Assembly (NCBI GenBank): GCA_001179505.1
Contig: CDMY01000374.1
Location: 1-64,000, forward strand
Origin: Vitrella brassicaformis CCMP3155
Lineage: Eukaryota > Protista > Chromerida
Reading direction: 5' to 3'
DNA length: 64,000 nt
Position numbers and translations under genes: made by a program. The notes under the pieces were generated by a model. The model saw only the letters and a program-made list of their open reading frames with translations, was not told where the DNA came from and did no database searches. Position 1 is the first letter of the stretch; each line of letters opens with the position of its first letter. Shown here piece by piece: positions 41,998 to 55,272 of this stretch.

Positions 41998-43719
41998 ATG
42001 ACGAGCTCCACCAATCTGCTGTCTGAGCCGGTGACGCTCACTAATCTGGAGAGGGTGGCTGAGCTGCACTGCGGCTCACGCAGCAGCGTGTGGGTGGTCC
42101 GCAACAGAAAGAACGACAGCCAACTGTTCGCACTCAAGGTGGGAATTTCACACAGAAGGCCAGGGCTCTGGTCATTGGCAGTGTGTGTGTGTGTGTGTGC
42201 AGGAGATCTTTCTGGATGAGTTGACGACGGCCAAGCAGGCCGAGCATGTGTGGAATGAGCGAAGGGCACTGGAGGAAACCACTGCTGCCAATATCAAGGG
42301 CATCAACCACCTGTAAGTCACGCCGTGCGAATGCACTAACACTCATCTGTGCGTGTGTCTGTGTGTCCCGTGTATATGCAGTGTATCCACATTCAAGGAT
42401 CCCTCTGCATTATATTTCTTGCTCGAGTACGTCCCTGGTGCGGCCCTCTTTACGCACATTCGGTGCGAGAAGGGATTCGACGTAGACAAAACCAGATTCT
42501 ACGCTGCAGAGGTGCGCACACACACTCAGCTGTATGGATCTCCTCTGCGAAGGAACGTGTGTGTGTGTGTGTGTGTGTGGCAGCTGGTGTTGATACTTGA
42601 GCGGCTGCATGGGTTGGGGTGGGTGTATCGTGACCTCAAGGCGGCCAACGTGATCGTCACGCGCACAGGCCACCTCAAGCTGGTGGACCTGGGCATGGCC
42701 AAAAAGATCCACAACAAGTAAGACCTAAAGGCGCACACCCACACGCACATGGGTGCCCCCATCTCTGTAGTGTGTGAATGTCAGTCGCACTCATTCGATT
42801 TGCGGCACTCTCCACGCGATGGCGCCCGAGATGTTCGGGCAAGAGGTGGATGCAGATCGGTTAGGCGACGATGATGGCGAGGCTGCCGCTGCTGCCGGTG
42901 GGGCTGGGTATGGCCTGGCTGTGGATTGGTGGGGTTTGGGCGTCATTGTCTATGAGATGATCGTCGGGTAAGGAGCCCATAGAGAGGATGTGTGTGCCGC
43001 GTCCACTCCTATCTGTGTATGCTGTGTGGCTGCAGGGACGCCCCATTTGGCTACCGTGACTTCGAGCAACAGGGGTACCTGAGCATCCTGGCACATACAC
43101 ACTCAGGCACCAACACACTGTGTCTGTCCGTGTGTCTGGGTGTCTGCAGTGATGGTCCGTCAGGCCGCATAGAGGAGTTGGCAAGGCGGTCGCCGGAAAG
43201 CATTCGCTTCCCACCCCGATGCAAGATCGATGCACACACAAGGGACTTCATCACCAACCTGATGCAGGTGAGGCGGGTGGCTCTGTGTTACGCATGTGCC
43301 CATGTGTCTTGCCGTCTGTCTACAGGCCGATGAGACCAAGCGGCTGGGGTACAATGGTGCGGCAGAGGTCAGAAAACACCCGTTCTTCCAGGTAATGGCA
43401 GAACACACGTGTATCTATCGTTTGCACAGATTCACGTGCGTTAGGGTTTCGTGTGGTCGTCCCTGACTGACCCGACTGCCGTGCCGCCATTCGACAAGAA
43501 ACTCGGGCACAACGAAGAGGTGCGTCGATCAAACCACCAACCCGTTCACACTCTCGTGTTCCTGTCCGTGTACACGTGTCTATACGTATGTGTGTGTGTG
43601 TATGTGTGCAGGGTGTGGCCGCTGATGACGACAGCAGCTCCGACAGTGCCAGCAACAGGCGCAGCAGCCAGAAGACCACCGCGTCGCGGGAGGCGCAGGA
43701 CATATTTGCCGACTTTTAG
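41998..43719 (+). CDS. AGC-group Ser/Thr kinase, PKA catalytic subunit-like
   Basis: [87 protein letters not shown] and a terminal FADF* (PKA-type FxxF). Confidence 0.88.
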
Positions 43720-43826
43720 CTGCATGCACTGGTGGGATGACGTAATGCGCATGATGCGCATGAAAAATCGGCAAATGAAATTTACAGCAGGACTGGTCTT
43801 TTGTTGGACCGACGAAAAACAACATC

Positions 43827-45581
43827 ATGAAGAAGGGTGTTGAAGTGGTGATGGGCGGCAAGTGGGGTGAGCTCCAGGCCGAGAACGCATCACTCGCCGC
43901 ACAAGTAGCTGACATGACGCGGAAAGTAGCCCAACTGGAGCAGCAACTGATGGTCAAATCCGACGTGCTGCAGGTGCACCCGATTGCATACATGGATGGA
44001 TGGATGGATCAAGCACCTCAAAGGAACGACCCCAAATGTATCGTGTAGAGGCTGGACGAGTCGGAGAGGATCACAAAGGAGAGCTACGAGGCGCTTCTGA
44101 GTGACCACAGGGACCTCACTTCCAACCATGCGCTGCTGGAGGGAGAGATGGAGGAAATGAAGATGGAGAAGGGCACTCTGCAGGTCAGGCAAGGAGTGAC
44201 AATGACCCACAATCTCAATCTCCATCACGCACACACTGAATGGTCATGCCTGTCTATCATTATGCAGCGTCGCGTTTCTGAGTTGGAGGGGGAGTGCGTG
44301 GACAAACAGGGGAAGATAGAGGTGCGCACAACTAATCGATGATCGCTGGGTGTAATTAGTAGTTGATTGTCTACCTGACTGCATGCAGGCGTATGAGAGT
44401 GAGATTGCCTCCCTGAGTGAGGCCGAAAGGCGACTGTCGAGCACACTGACGGAACATGTACCACGTGGCAAACTTGCAGACGGGGAGAGATGGTATCATG
44501 CCCCTCTCTCTCTGTGTGTGTGTGTGTGTGTGTGTGTGAGTGCAGGAATTGGCTTACCACAATCTCTACAACGACTACGCAAAACAGCTGGACTACACAG
44601 ACGTGAGCACACGTAGAGCACACAGAAAGTGGTCGGGTCATGTTATGTGGTGTCTGTGTCTCCTTTTGCGCGTCAGCGTCTGAGAACCAATATCGAGTCT
44701 CAGAAGCGTCTGCGTGACCAGAAGGACCGACACATTGCCACCATACTGAAAGAGAAAGACAAACTATACAGACAAGTGTACGCAGGGTGAAGAAAGATGC
44801 ACACGTAATTGTTGGTGCTCTTGTGGTCCTCATTCGTCAGCACGCAGACCCGCGTTCTCCTGTCCAACACGCGCAACTCTGCCCAGCGGGTGCAGAGGGC
44901 GGCGTACGACCATGCCGACGAGAACCACCCCAGGTGAGAAAAGGAGACAGATAACAGAACACCCGAGTGTGCCCCGTTTGCTGCCCTGTGCATGTCTCAT
45001 GTCAGTGCGATGTCTGCCCGCCGCCCCCCTTCTCGGCAGCACGTCTCATCTGTCAGGGCGGCCTCTGACGTACCACTGGCGTGCATGCGCCGATCGCCCT
45101 CATGCCCTGTGGTCAAGGAGAAGAAGAAGACGGAGGGGCCGCCTGGTGAGAAGAAGGGACAGAAGGCACGTGAGGCAGTGAAGAAGGCGGAGGCGTCCAA
45201 ACAGCAGGAGGGCAAAACCATCGAAGACGTAAGGGGCCAGATTATGCACGAATCGGGGAGGGTTTGTGTATATGTGTGTCTGTCCATGCGTGTGCGTGTG
45301 TGTGTGTGTGTGTTTTTTTTGGCAGGCGATATTGCGTCTCCAGCGTGAGTCGCAGGCGGCTGCCTTGGAGAATCGGCGGCTCAAGAGCTGCCTCGACAAG
45401 GAGAGGACCAGACAGACTGTCAACCAACAGGTGTGTATGCCAACAGAGGCTGCTGATCGGCGTAGGTGTGTGTCTCCTTATGTCACTGACGCAGACGTTT
45501 GGCGCTTTGCAAGAGGAGAATCGCAGCCTCCGTGAGCAGCTGACCAGCAATCAGGGCAGCATCAATGCAGAGAGAAAGTGA
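43827..45581 (+). CDS. Coiled-coil protein of unknown function
   Basis: Heptad-rich exons (ELQAENASLAAQVADMTRKVAQLEQQL; AILRLQRESQAAALENRRLKSCLDKER; EENRSLREQL..AERK*). Middle exons are uncertain. Confidence 0.65.
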
Positions 45582-45835
45582 GGGCTGCATGCTCACGTGT
45601 TGATGGACATCTCCAATCAAGTCTTGATGTCTCATGCATGGCAAGAACACAACATCTCACCCCCCTCGCAGTCGCTTACGCATATATCCATGCCCCCTCA
45701 CATGAAAACACGAGAAAGAAGCTGAGGGCTGCCATTTGTATTCGCCATGTCATTTGCGACGACACATGATCACCCACTCACAGTGCCTCCTGGCTTCTTA
45801 TTCGAAGCACACCCGAGCAACTGACAGACTCTGAC

Positions 45836-48800
45836 TCACATGATCATGCAGCAAGGCCCACAAGCAGGCTTGTACGGCCGCATGATCTCTCTGATCTCCG
45901 GCTTGTCGTTTGCCAATCCCCACGGGGTCTTCCCCTGTCGTCATGAAATGAGATGAGCACACCACTTAGCCCATCGATGGTGGGAATGTCTGTGGGCACT
46001 CACCCTGTTGTTTTCGATGTTCAGCAGCGCACCGCCGCCCCACTCGAGCCTTTGAGAAGGACACAGAGAGAGTGGATGAGACATTCGCGTTAGTCGGTCA
46101 TTTGTGTCGCTCACAGCTGAGACACAGCTGCGGATTTGCCACTGAGTACAGCCACATGGAGTGCCGTGTCTCCGTCCTGTGTGTGTCATGCACACAGGAA
46201 GAAGGCAATCAATCAGACAAGGGGCATTCTGTGTATCTCCGTTTGTGTCTCTTCACATTGTTTGTCTGTGTCAGCAGGTCCTTTCGTTTGGCATACAGGG
46301 CCGCCATCACATCGACATGACCACCCTCGGCAGCCATCATGAATGCCGCCACTCTGCAATCACCACACACACAATCGACACACTGAGGCGTCAGAGACAT
46401 GTGTGTGGTCTCTTACCTTGTCGCGTGCATCGATCAGTTTGGGATCCCACGCCAGCAGCTTATTGACCGCCGCAACATGGCCATTGGCGGCAGCGAAGTG
46501 CAAAGCGGTGTAGCCATCCTATTGCATTCCATCACACCCGACACACATCTCATTATCACCAGCAGCACACAAGATGGTTTGTCTGTGTGTGGGTACCTCG
46601 GTTATTTGCTGCAGTACGTCAGGTTTGCTCTCATGCATAAGAGACATCATGTCAGCGTGACCTAGCATGGTAGCTCGAATGAACGGTGTCCACTGCGCGC
46701 AGAAAGGATGAAAAGAGACCCCTCCATGAGTGCATCTCTTGCTCACCCCCTTTCCATTTCTGATGTCGAGAATCTCGCTGCCCATTTCTTCGACAAGCAA
46801 ACGAGCCCACTCCACGTCGCCGGCCACCACGGCGTCGAATATGGTCTGCACAGAATCAACACAAAGATGGCGGCCCATTGGCATGTGTGCAATTCAGTTG
46901 CTGTCTCCCTTACGTGTTTGACCTGCGGTGATGGCTGCTCCCGGGCAGGCGCCTCTGTAAAACACATCGCAACAGATAAATGAGAAGCTCCTCTGTGCAC
47001 GCGAAGCCCACCACACCTGCTTCCGTCAGCCATTTGACCCTGATGCCATCAGCCCATTCACCTCTCCTCGATATACCTGCCCGAGCGACATCCGCACACA
47101 ACCCCTTGAGCTGTATGTGTGTGTGTGTGTGCTTACCTGATGCAGTGGTATATGTCCCTTTTCCATGCTGCTTGCCGTCCTTCCACTCGCCCTGATATAC
47201 CAGACAGGACACATATGATGAAGTGGCTTAAGGGATTTGAGTCTCTCATGCACCTCGTAGCAGCGGCCGTCGGGCCACACGAATTTGCCCCATCCGTGTT
47301 TCTTGTCTCCGTGGTACGGGCCCTCGTAGTGGCGTCCGTCGGGCCACTCCATGAGACCCTCACCGTGCATTTTGTTGCCCTCCCACTGCATTCACAGCGG
47401 GCAGACCTTTGCGATGGTGTATGACACTGTATGTGTGTGTGCTGCGTATGACCTGTCCCCTGTAGAAGCGTCCTTCGGCCCATTTGTACGTCCCGGATCC
47501 TTGCAGGTTGTTGTGCACGAAGTGGCCCTCGTATGTGCTGCCATCGGGCCACGTGAACACGCCTTCTCCGTGCTTCATGCCGTCCTTGCAGTCAGAAAAT
47601 GCACTTCTGTGTCCGAATGGTCGATTGTTATTAGTTGTGTATACGCACGTGTAGTATCCTTTGTATGCCGATCCGTCAGCCCATGTCTCGACGCCATAGC
47701 CAGTCTGCTTGTCGTCTGCCCAATCGCCCTCGTACCTGCAGCATTCACGACCAGCCCTGCCTGCATATGTCTTCGTCTCGTCCCTCGGGCACCTGGATCC
47801 GTCAGCATGTGTCAATTTGCCTTTGCCATGTCTCCTGTTGTCCTTCCATTCGCCCTCGTACACATCACCATTGATTTTTATGCATTTTCCGTGCCCCTGC
47901 ATCAATGCATTGAGTGGATACTCGTCAGACCCCTTCCTTTGTCAGCAGCTCACGTGATATCTATTGGTCTTGAATTGTCCTTCGTATTTGCCCTCATCTG
48001 CTTTTTCCAGTATACCGTAGCCATCGAAGGTATTACCAACCCACTCGCCCTCGTACTGCGCGCCTCCTGCAACAACAGGAGTCAGCCAGCTGACAAACTG
48101 CCAAATCGTCCTCATGGTGTCTCCACGCACCTTTGAGTCTCACCATAGACCGCCTTTTCCTTGCCTGTGGGAAAGAGAGCTGTCCTGGCCACACTTGGTG
48201 CATCGATTCGTTCGTGTGTACCTGGCTGGTGTTTTGTTGTTTGGTGGGGGCTGGTGTGGGAGTGACTGCAGTCAACGGATCATCTATAGTGTATCCTTGT
48301 GTGTATAGATGCCTCACACAGACACGCGCAGCCGACCTGTTTGCTCTTCCGCAACCGCAAGCTTGATCTGTGCGGGAGAGACCGAACTCGACGGCCCCGG
48401 CACTGTGCTGGCCATGCTCACGTGAATACCCGATGAAACGCCGGCAGGAGGCACGTCAACGGGAGACACAGGGAGAGAGGGGGCCAACACCGCTTCTGCA
48501 CGCAGCCAGAAAAACATCGGCCAATGAAGGCTTTTACCTGTGGCAAGAGCGCAAAGCAGTGGAAGTGTATTTTCTGACGAACCAGATGGAGAGTCCAGCA
48601 TGGCCAACACCTAGCGAGCAGTCAGGCAAGCAGATAGTCGACATGCGCACGCCTTCGCCCAAAAGTCCATGTGAGGTACCTCTTTGGCTGTGGGGCGATC
48701 TTTTGGATTGAAGGCGAAACAACTCTGAGCAGCAATCACAATCGGAAGGGAAATGCAGCACGAGAAAGGTTTTCGGCTTACCTTGATGGCACCCTTGATG

Positions 48801-50151
48801 TGCTCAGGCAGGGAATCGGGGATGCGGGGAACCTGACACGCGTGTGCAAAAAAAGGCCTTCAGGGAATCTGTCAACATGTGTCAACGTGGCAGGTCACCT
48901 GCTTTCGGACCACAACGGCCATCATGATATTTACGGCACTTTGGCCTTCAAAGGGAGGCCCACCTGAACATCACATATATAGGCTGCAAGTGTGTCCGAG
49001 TGAAGGTTGCATCTGCTGACCGCCACACAGCTCCGCAATGATGCATCCAACCGCTCATATGTCCGCCTCCATAGAGGGCTTCCCCACTGCACACACCGGC
49101 AGTCATTCAAGTTCCCAAGCCCATCGGCTTTTGTTGTACTTACAGTTGTCTGGATCCAAAGCTTCAGACGACATATAATTGGAGGTCCCCTTAATGCCAT
49201 CTGCAGTGCAGGCACGAATGCACCAACACACACAGAGGCACCTCGCTCGCCGCCTTCCGCCATGCCATGTCTCCGCTTACCTGCAGCAGAGCTCGACGTC
49301 ACTTGAACATTCCGCGTCATACCGAAGTCAGATATCTTGATCACCAAATACTCAGCCAACTGACAGACACGAGACACAACAAGAGGCTATGGCCACCGAC
49401 CGAGAGGTGAAGGTTGTCTGCCCTCACGAGAATATTCCCCGGTTTTAGGTCTCGATGCAGGATTCCGTGGTCGTGCAGATACTGCACGCCCTCACATATC
49501 TGACGGCAATCGACACACAGATCTAGATGAGACGCGTGACGCTGTCTGCTGTGCTGTACCTCTCTCACGAATCTGTTTCGCACATCTAGCGGCAGCCGTC
49601 TGTTCTTGGCCAAATATTTGTCCAGTGATCCGCCCTTACACAACTCTGAGAATGATGGACACGCGACGCACAGTCAGGAAGCAGATGAATGAATCGAGGT
49701 GACCTGAGACGATCATGAGGCCGTGCTTGCCGTCCGTGCAGACACCGAGGAACTGCACAATGTTGGGGTGTCGCAGATGCTGCATCTCCTGAGCCTCGGA
49801 CAGAACATCCTCCATCGCGCTAGCCATCAACTCCTGCATGACAGTTGCATGACATTCGCGAGTGTCGTGTGATTTCACACACACCGCGATACTCACGCTG
49901 TCGGTAAGTTCCTCCCCGGTGAGAGGGGCGGCCTCCCTCAATTTCTCCATGTTTGTGATCTTTACAGCCACGTCCAGCCCCTTCCATTGGCCCTGGTACA
50001 CGATACCGAACGCTCCACCCCCTGATACACACACACAGATCACCCAATCGATGACATCGGGGCAGCAATTGGTCGTGAGCGCACCAAGCTTCTTGTCGCC
50101 CACAGTCAGGTCCCTCGCCCTGATCAACAGGCGAGGAACGGGTGAAGCCAT
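45836..50151 (-). pseudogene. Gene O: TKL-like kinase + MORN repeats + ankyrin repeats + CaaX
   Basis: The kinase has HRDLKPGN and DFG but DI*AVG (TGA at 49055-57 for Trp). It splices in frame into MORN repeats and back into the ankyrin cassette. One ankyrin exon has a 5-nt deletion (~46348). It ends ..KPACGPCCMIM*. Confidence 0.85.
47017..48066 (-). other. MORN-repeat domain block within gene O
   Basis: Repeats [70 protein letters not shown] and [12 protein letters not shown]. Confidence 0.92.
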
Positions 50152-51424
50152 GAGGAGCGAACTGTGCTCGTTAGCCCCGCTGTCCGTTCGGCCCCCAACG
50201 CTCCCAGGATTCTCGACTATCCGCCGGCAGATTGGTATCCACAGAGACATTTTGGTCCACGTGCGGGTGCTCACGCGCCTTTTTGTATCTCAACTGACTG
50301 AGGACGGTCCTTGTTACATACACCCACCCCATCATGTGACCCGGCATGCGTCTGTGTGGATGAATTCTACTCGATGCGATGGAGGAATGTCACTGCATGG
50401 TGATGCGATCGATCAACACTCACGCAGCCGCGAAAAGAGTTCTCATTACAGGCGCTCATTTCTGACCGTAAAGGCAGCAGTACACTGCTAATTGTGGACC
50501 GAGTAGCAGCGCCCACATTAGTCAATCACCCTTACCGGCCGATCTCCTCCCTCTCTGTTGGTGTGTGCTATACTTGTCAGCCACCGAAACTCATCTCGTT
50601 GTCCATCCATCTCAACACCGTAAAACTCACAATGATCGAACCGATGAGCCGTACAGCCAGAGACTGCATGGTGTCTGCTTGTCTGTCTGTCTCATCCGTG
50701 TCTCTTCCTTAACTGCACCGCCCTTCCCTGTATGGCGGTCGTGACGTTGACCATGTGCGCAGGAAGGGAAGGCATGAGTGGCAAAAACAGATGGGTAACA
50801 GAACCAGCGCGTTTGTGCATTGTTACGCAGCTTAGACAATGCATGTGTGTGGCAAAAAGCGGTCGGGTGGCCACGCGAGAGAAGTGGGAGCAAAAAGACG
50901 TTCGTCTGTGAGGGTGCTGGTTGGTACGTACGTACACAGGTTAAATACATACACATACACAGATGGATAGGCACACGACGGTTAGATAAATACATATCAC
51001 ACAGCGTCATGTGGCCCGAACAGTGGAACGTGTGCACTACATGTGCACATGTGTGTGTATGTGCCTGGCTTTCTGTCTGTCTGTCTGTTTGTCTGTTGGC
51101 TGGCAGGGATTGAACTGAACTTTGACCGCGAAGTCGTGCAAGTGGTCTTCAAGTGGGCAGCCGAAAGGAAGCCTTTGCAAGGGAGGAGGCCATTCGACTC
51201 GGTGCCTTCCTGACGGAACGCATCACTGACTTGCCGTGCAGACGCGCGCATACAGATTTATCTCTGTGGTTGCATCTGAGACACTTTGGTCCACGTGTGG
51301 GGACCGTCAGCTCGTCTTCTTGTGTCATGTGACTACGGACGGTCCCTATTAAGTACACCCAGTCACTTCAGGACCCCTATCGCACTCATGCCCGGAATGA
51401 AAGGCAGGATACGGGCGCCTAAAC

Positions 51425-51748
51425 GGCAGGAGGGCAAGACCATCGAAGCTGTGAGGAAGGGTGTGTGTGTGTGTGATTGTTTGTCAGGCGATATTGCGTC
51501 TTCAGCGTGAGTTGCAGGCGGCAGCGTTGGAGAATCGGCGGCTCAAGAGCTGCCTCGACAAGGAGAGGGCCAGACAGACTCTCAACCAACAGGTGTGTGT
51601 GTGCCAAGGACAAAGGCTGCTGATCGGCGTGAGTGTGTGTCTCCTTATGTCACTGATGCAGACGTTTGGCGCTTTGCAAGAGGAGAATCGCAGCCTCCGC
51701 GAGCAGCTTACCAGCCGGCAGGGCAGCATCAATACAGAGAGAAACTGA
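51425..51748 (+). pseudogene. Orphan copy of the coiled-coil gene 3' exons
   Basis: QEGKTIEA / AILRLQRELQAAALENRRLKSCLDKERARQTLNQQ / TFGALQEENRSLREQLTSRQGSINTERN*. Confidence 0.85.
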
Positions 51749-51979
51749 GCGCTGCGTGCTCACGTATTGATGGACATTTCCAATCAGGTCATGATGTCCC
51801 ATGGCAAACACACAACACCTCACAGCCCCTCGCAGTGGTCCAGATGGAGACACAAGAAAGAAACCGAGGGCTGCACTTCGTATATTCGCCGTGTCATTCG
51901 CGACGACACATGATCACCCACTCACAATGTCTCCTAGCTTCTTATTCGAAGCACACCCGAGCGACTGACAGACTGTGAC

Positions 51980-54900
51980 TCACATGATCATCCAGCAAGG
52001 CCCAGAAGCAGGCTTGTACGGCCGCATGATCTTTCTGATCTCCGGCCTGTTTGCCGCCCAGAACCATGGCGTCAGTCCCTGTTGTGATGAGATGAGCTGA
52101 GCAAACCACTCAGCCCATCGATGGTGGGAATATCGGTGTGCACTTACCTTGTTGTTTGTGATGTCCAGCAGAGCACCGCCCCCCCACTCGAGCCTTTGAG
52201 AAGGACACACACACAGAGAGAGAGAGAGAGAGTGGATGAGATGTTCGCATCAGTCAGTCATCTGTGTCGCCCACAGCTGAAACACAGCGGCAGATTTGCC
52301 CCAGAGTACAGCCCCATGGAGTGCCGTGTCGCCCTCCTGTGTGTGTCATGCACACAGAGGAAAGGCAATCAATCAGTGAGAGAAGATTGTGTTGTCTCAC
52401 CTTGTCGGTCTGTGTGAGAAGGTTCTTTCGTTTGGCATACAGGGCCTTCAACACATCGACATGACCATTCCCGGCAGCATAGATGAATGGCGTGGCGCCC
52501 TCCTGCAATCAACACACGTACACACACAATCGAGACACTGAAGCGTCAAAGACATGTGTATGCTCTCCTAGATTGTCGCGTGCATCGATCAGTTTGGGAT
52601 CCCACTCCATCAGCTTATTGACAGCCGCGACATGGCCCTCGTAGACAGCCTTGTGCAGGGCAGTGTCACCACGCTGCATTGCGTCACACCCAATACACTC
52701 TTTATCACCATCAGCAGTACAAGATGGTTTGTCTGTGTCGGTACCTTGGTCTCTGTTTGCTGCAGTACGTCAGGTTTGCTCGCATACATGACCGACATAA
52801 CGCCCACCTCACCCTTCTGTGCAGCCTTGAGGAAGGGCGTGAACTGTGCGCAGGAATGAGAAGACACAGACCACTGAGTGCATTTCGATCGTCTTCACGA
52901 TTCCATACCTCGAAATTGTATTTGTCTCGTTCCCGTTTGTCGAGTATGTCCTTGCCATCCCTCTCGATGAGCAAACGAACTGACAGAGACCATGACCGAT
53001 GGATGGTTCGATGGATTCTTCACTTATATGTTTGAGTGTCTCGCGATGTCTCTGTTTACCCATCCCATCCCATGTTACCGGACTGCTCATCGGCGGCCTT
53101 GACGGCTTCGAAGATGTCAGTCTGACAGACAATCAGCACAAGAACAGCGGCCCATTGACGTGTGGGGTTTAGTTGCTGTTTCCCTTACGTGTTTGATCTG
53201 CGGCTGTGGAGGGCTCGGCGATGTCTTCACTGACGGCTGCTGGACGGGGAACGCTGCACGACACACATGACACATGAAACGATTCAATACATGTGCGTGC
53301 CTTCCACAGCTGACCTGTTTGCTCTTGCGGAACCACAAGTTTGATCTGTGCTGGCGAGACCGCACTCGGTGGCCCCGTTATGGTGCTGGCCATGCTCGCA
53401 TGGACACCCGCTGTATGGCCAATGGGAGACACGACAGCGGGAGAAACAGAGGGAGGGAGAACCGACAACACCTCTGCACGTAGTCAAGCAGTCTAAATTA
53501 GGCGACGGGGGCTGGCCCAAGGCGTTTAACCGGCAATTGACCTGTATCTTTCGACGGACTCGCCGGAATACCCAGCTTGGCCAACAACTACCAAGCGGTC
53601 AGGGAAGTAGACACTCGACATGCACACGCCTTTGTCCAATGTCTATATCAGGCACCTCTTTGGCTGTGGGGCGATCTTTTGGATTAAAGGCAAAACAACT
53701 CTGAACAGCAACCACGATCAGAAGGGAAACGCGGCAAACAGGAAAGGGCCCTCGGCTTGTCTTGATGGCACTTTTGATGTGCTCAGGCAGGGAATCGGGG
53801 ATGCGGGGAATCTGACATGCGTGTGCAAAAAAAGACTTCCAGAGAATCTGTCAACACGTGTCAACGTGGCAGGTCACCTGCTTTCGGACCACAACGGCCA
53901 TCATGATATTTACGGCACTTCAGCCTCCGAAAGGAGGCCCACCTGAACATCACAGATATAGGCTGCAAGTGTGTCCGAGTGAAGGTTGCATCTGCTGACC
54001 GCCACACAGCTCCGCAATGATGCATCCAACCGCCCATATGTCCGCCTCCATAGAGGGCTTCCCACTGCACACACCGGCAGTCATTCAAGTTCTCAAGCCC
54101 ACCGGCTTTTGTTGCACTTACAGTTGTCTGGATCCAAAGCTTCAGGTGACATGTAATTGACGGTTCCCTTAATGCCACCTGCGGTGCGGTGACGGATGCA
54201 ACAAGCACAGACGCACCTCACTCGCCGCCTTCCGCCATGCCATGTCTCTTGCTACCTGCAGAAGAGCTCGACGTCACTTGAACATTCCGCGTCATGCCGA
54301 AGTCAGATATCTTGATCACCAAATACTCAGCCAACTGACAGACACGAGACACAACAAGAGGCTATGGCCACCGACCGAGAGGTGAAGGTTGTCTGCCCTC
54401 ACGAGAATATTGCCCGGTTTCAGGTCTCGATGCAGGATTCCGTGGTCGTGAAGATACTGCACGCCCTCACATATCTAACGGCAATCGACACACAGATTGA
54501 GATGAGTCACCTGATGGCTCTGACGCTCGTATGCTTTGCTGTACCTCTCTCACGAATCTGTCTCGCACGTCGGGCGGCGGGGGTCCGTTCTTAGCGAGGT
54601 AGGACGCTAGAGAGCCGCCCTCACACAACTCTGAAAATGACAAGCAGACATCACGAGACAGCCTGGCTGGACAAAGCGAAGTGTATGACCACCTGTGACG
54701 ATCATGAGTCCGTGTTTCTTGTCTGCGCAAACACCTAACAGCCGCACGATGTTGGGATGCCGCAGTGAAAGCATCGGCTCAGCCTCGATCAGAGCGTCCT
54801 CCATCGCTCCAGCCATCAGCTCCTATGCACATGCCACAACAAGGCATGCGATAAACAATGCACGAGCGGCGACATCTCACACCCTCACGTCGTCATCGAC

Positions 54901-55159
54901 CTCCTGTCCGGTCTCCCTCGTTTCCTCTCTCAGCTTCTCCATATTTGTCACCTTGACCGCCACTGGCTGGCCGCGCCAAACGCCTCTCAACACCACCCCG
55001 AATCCTCCACTCCCTTAGAAATGCACACACAAAGAAACCAGCCCACTGACACTGACAGGTGGTTGCGGCCCGCAATTAGATTTTGTCGAGCTGACCAAGC
55101 CGCTTGTCCTCCACAGTCAGGTCCCTCGCCCTGATCACCAAACGAGACGTGGCAGCCAT
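51980..55159 (-). pseudogene. Gene P: TKL-like kinase + ankyrin repeats, CaaX lost
   Basis: [37 protein letters not shown] 1-nt deletion (TGGG vs TGGGG, ~54061-63) frameshifts the DIW exon. An ankyrin donor reads CT instead of GT (52571-70). It ends ..PASGPCWMIM*. Confidence 0.85.
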
Positions 55160-55272
55160 GGCGAAGACCTGAAGACGCGCCGGCGGCGGCGGCGGAAAGG
55201 CCCCCAAGAGCCCCCACCAAAAGCCCGGGGGGCCCCTCTCGACCCGGACTCGGAGAGCATCTTCATCTCGAG

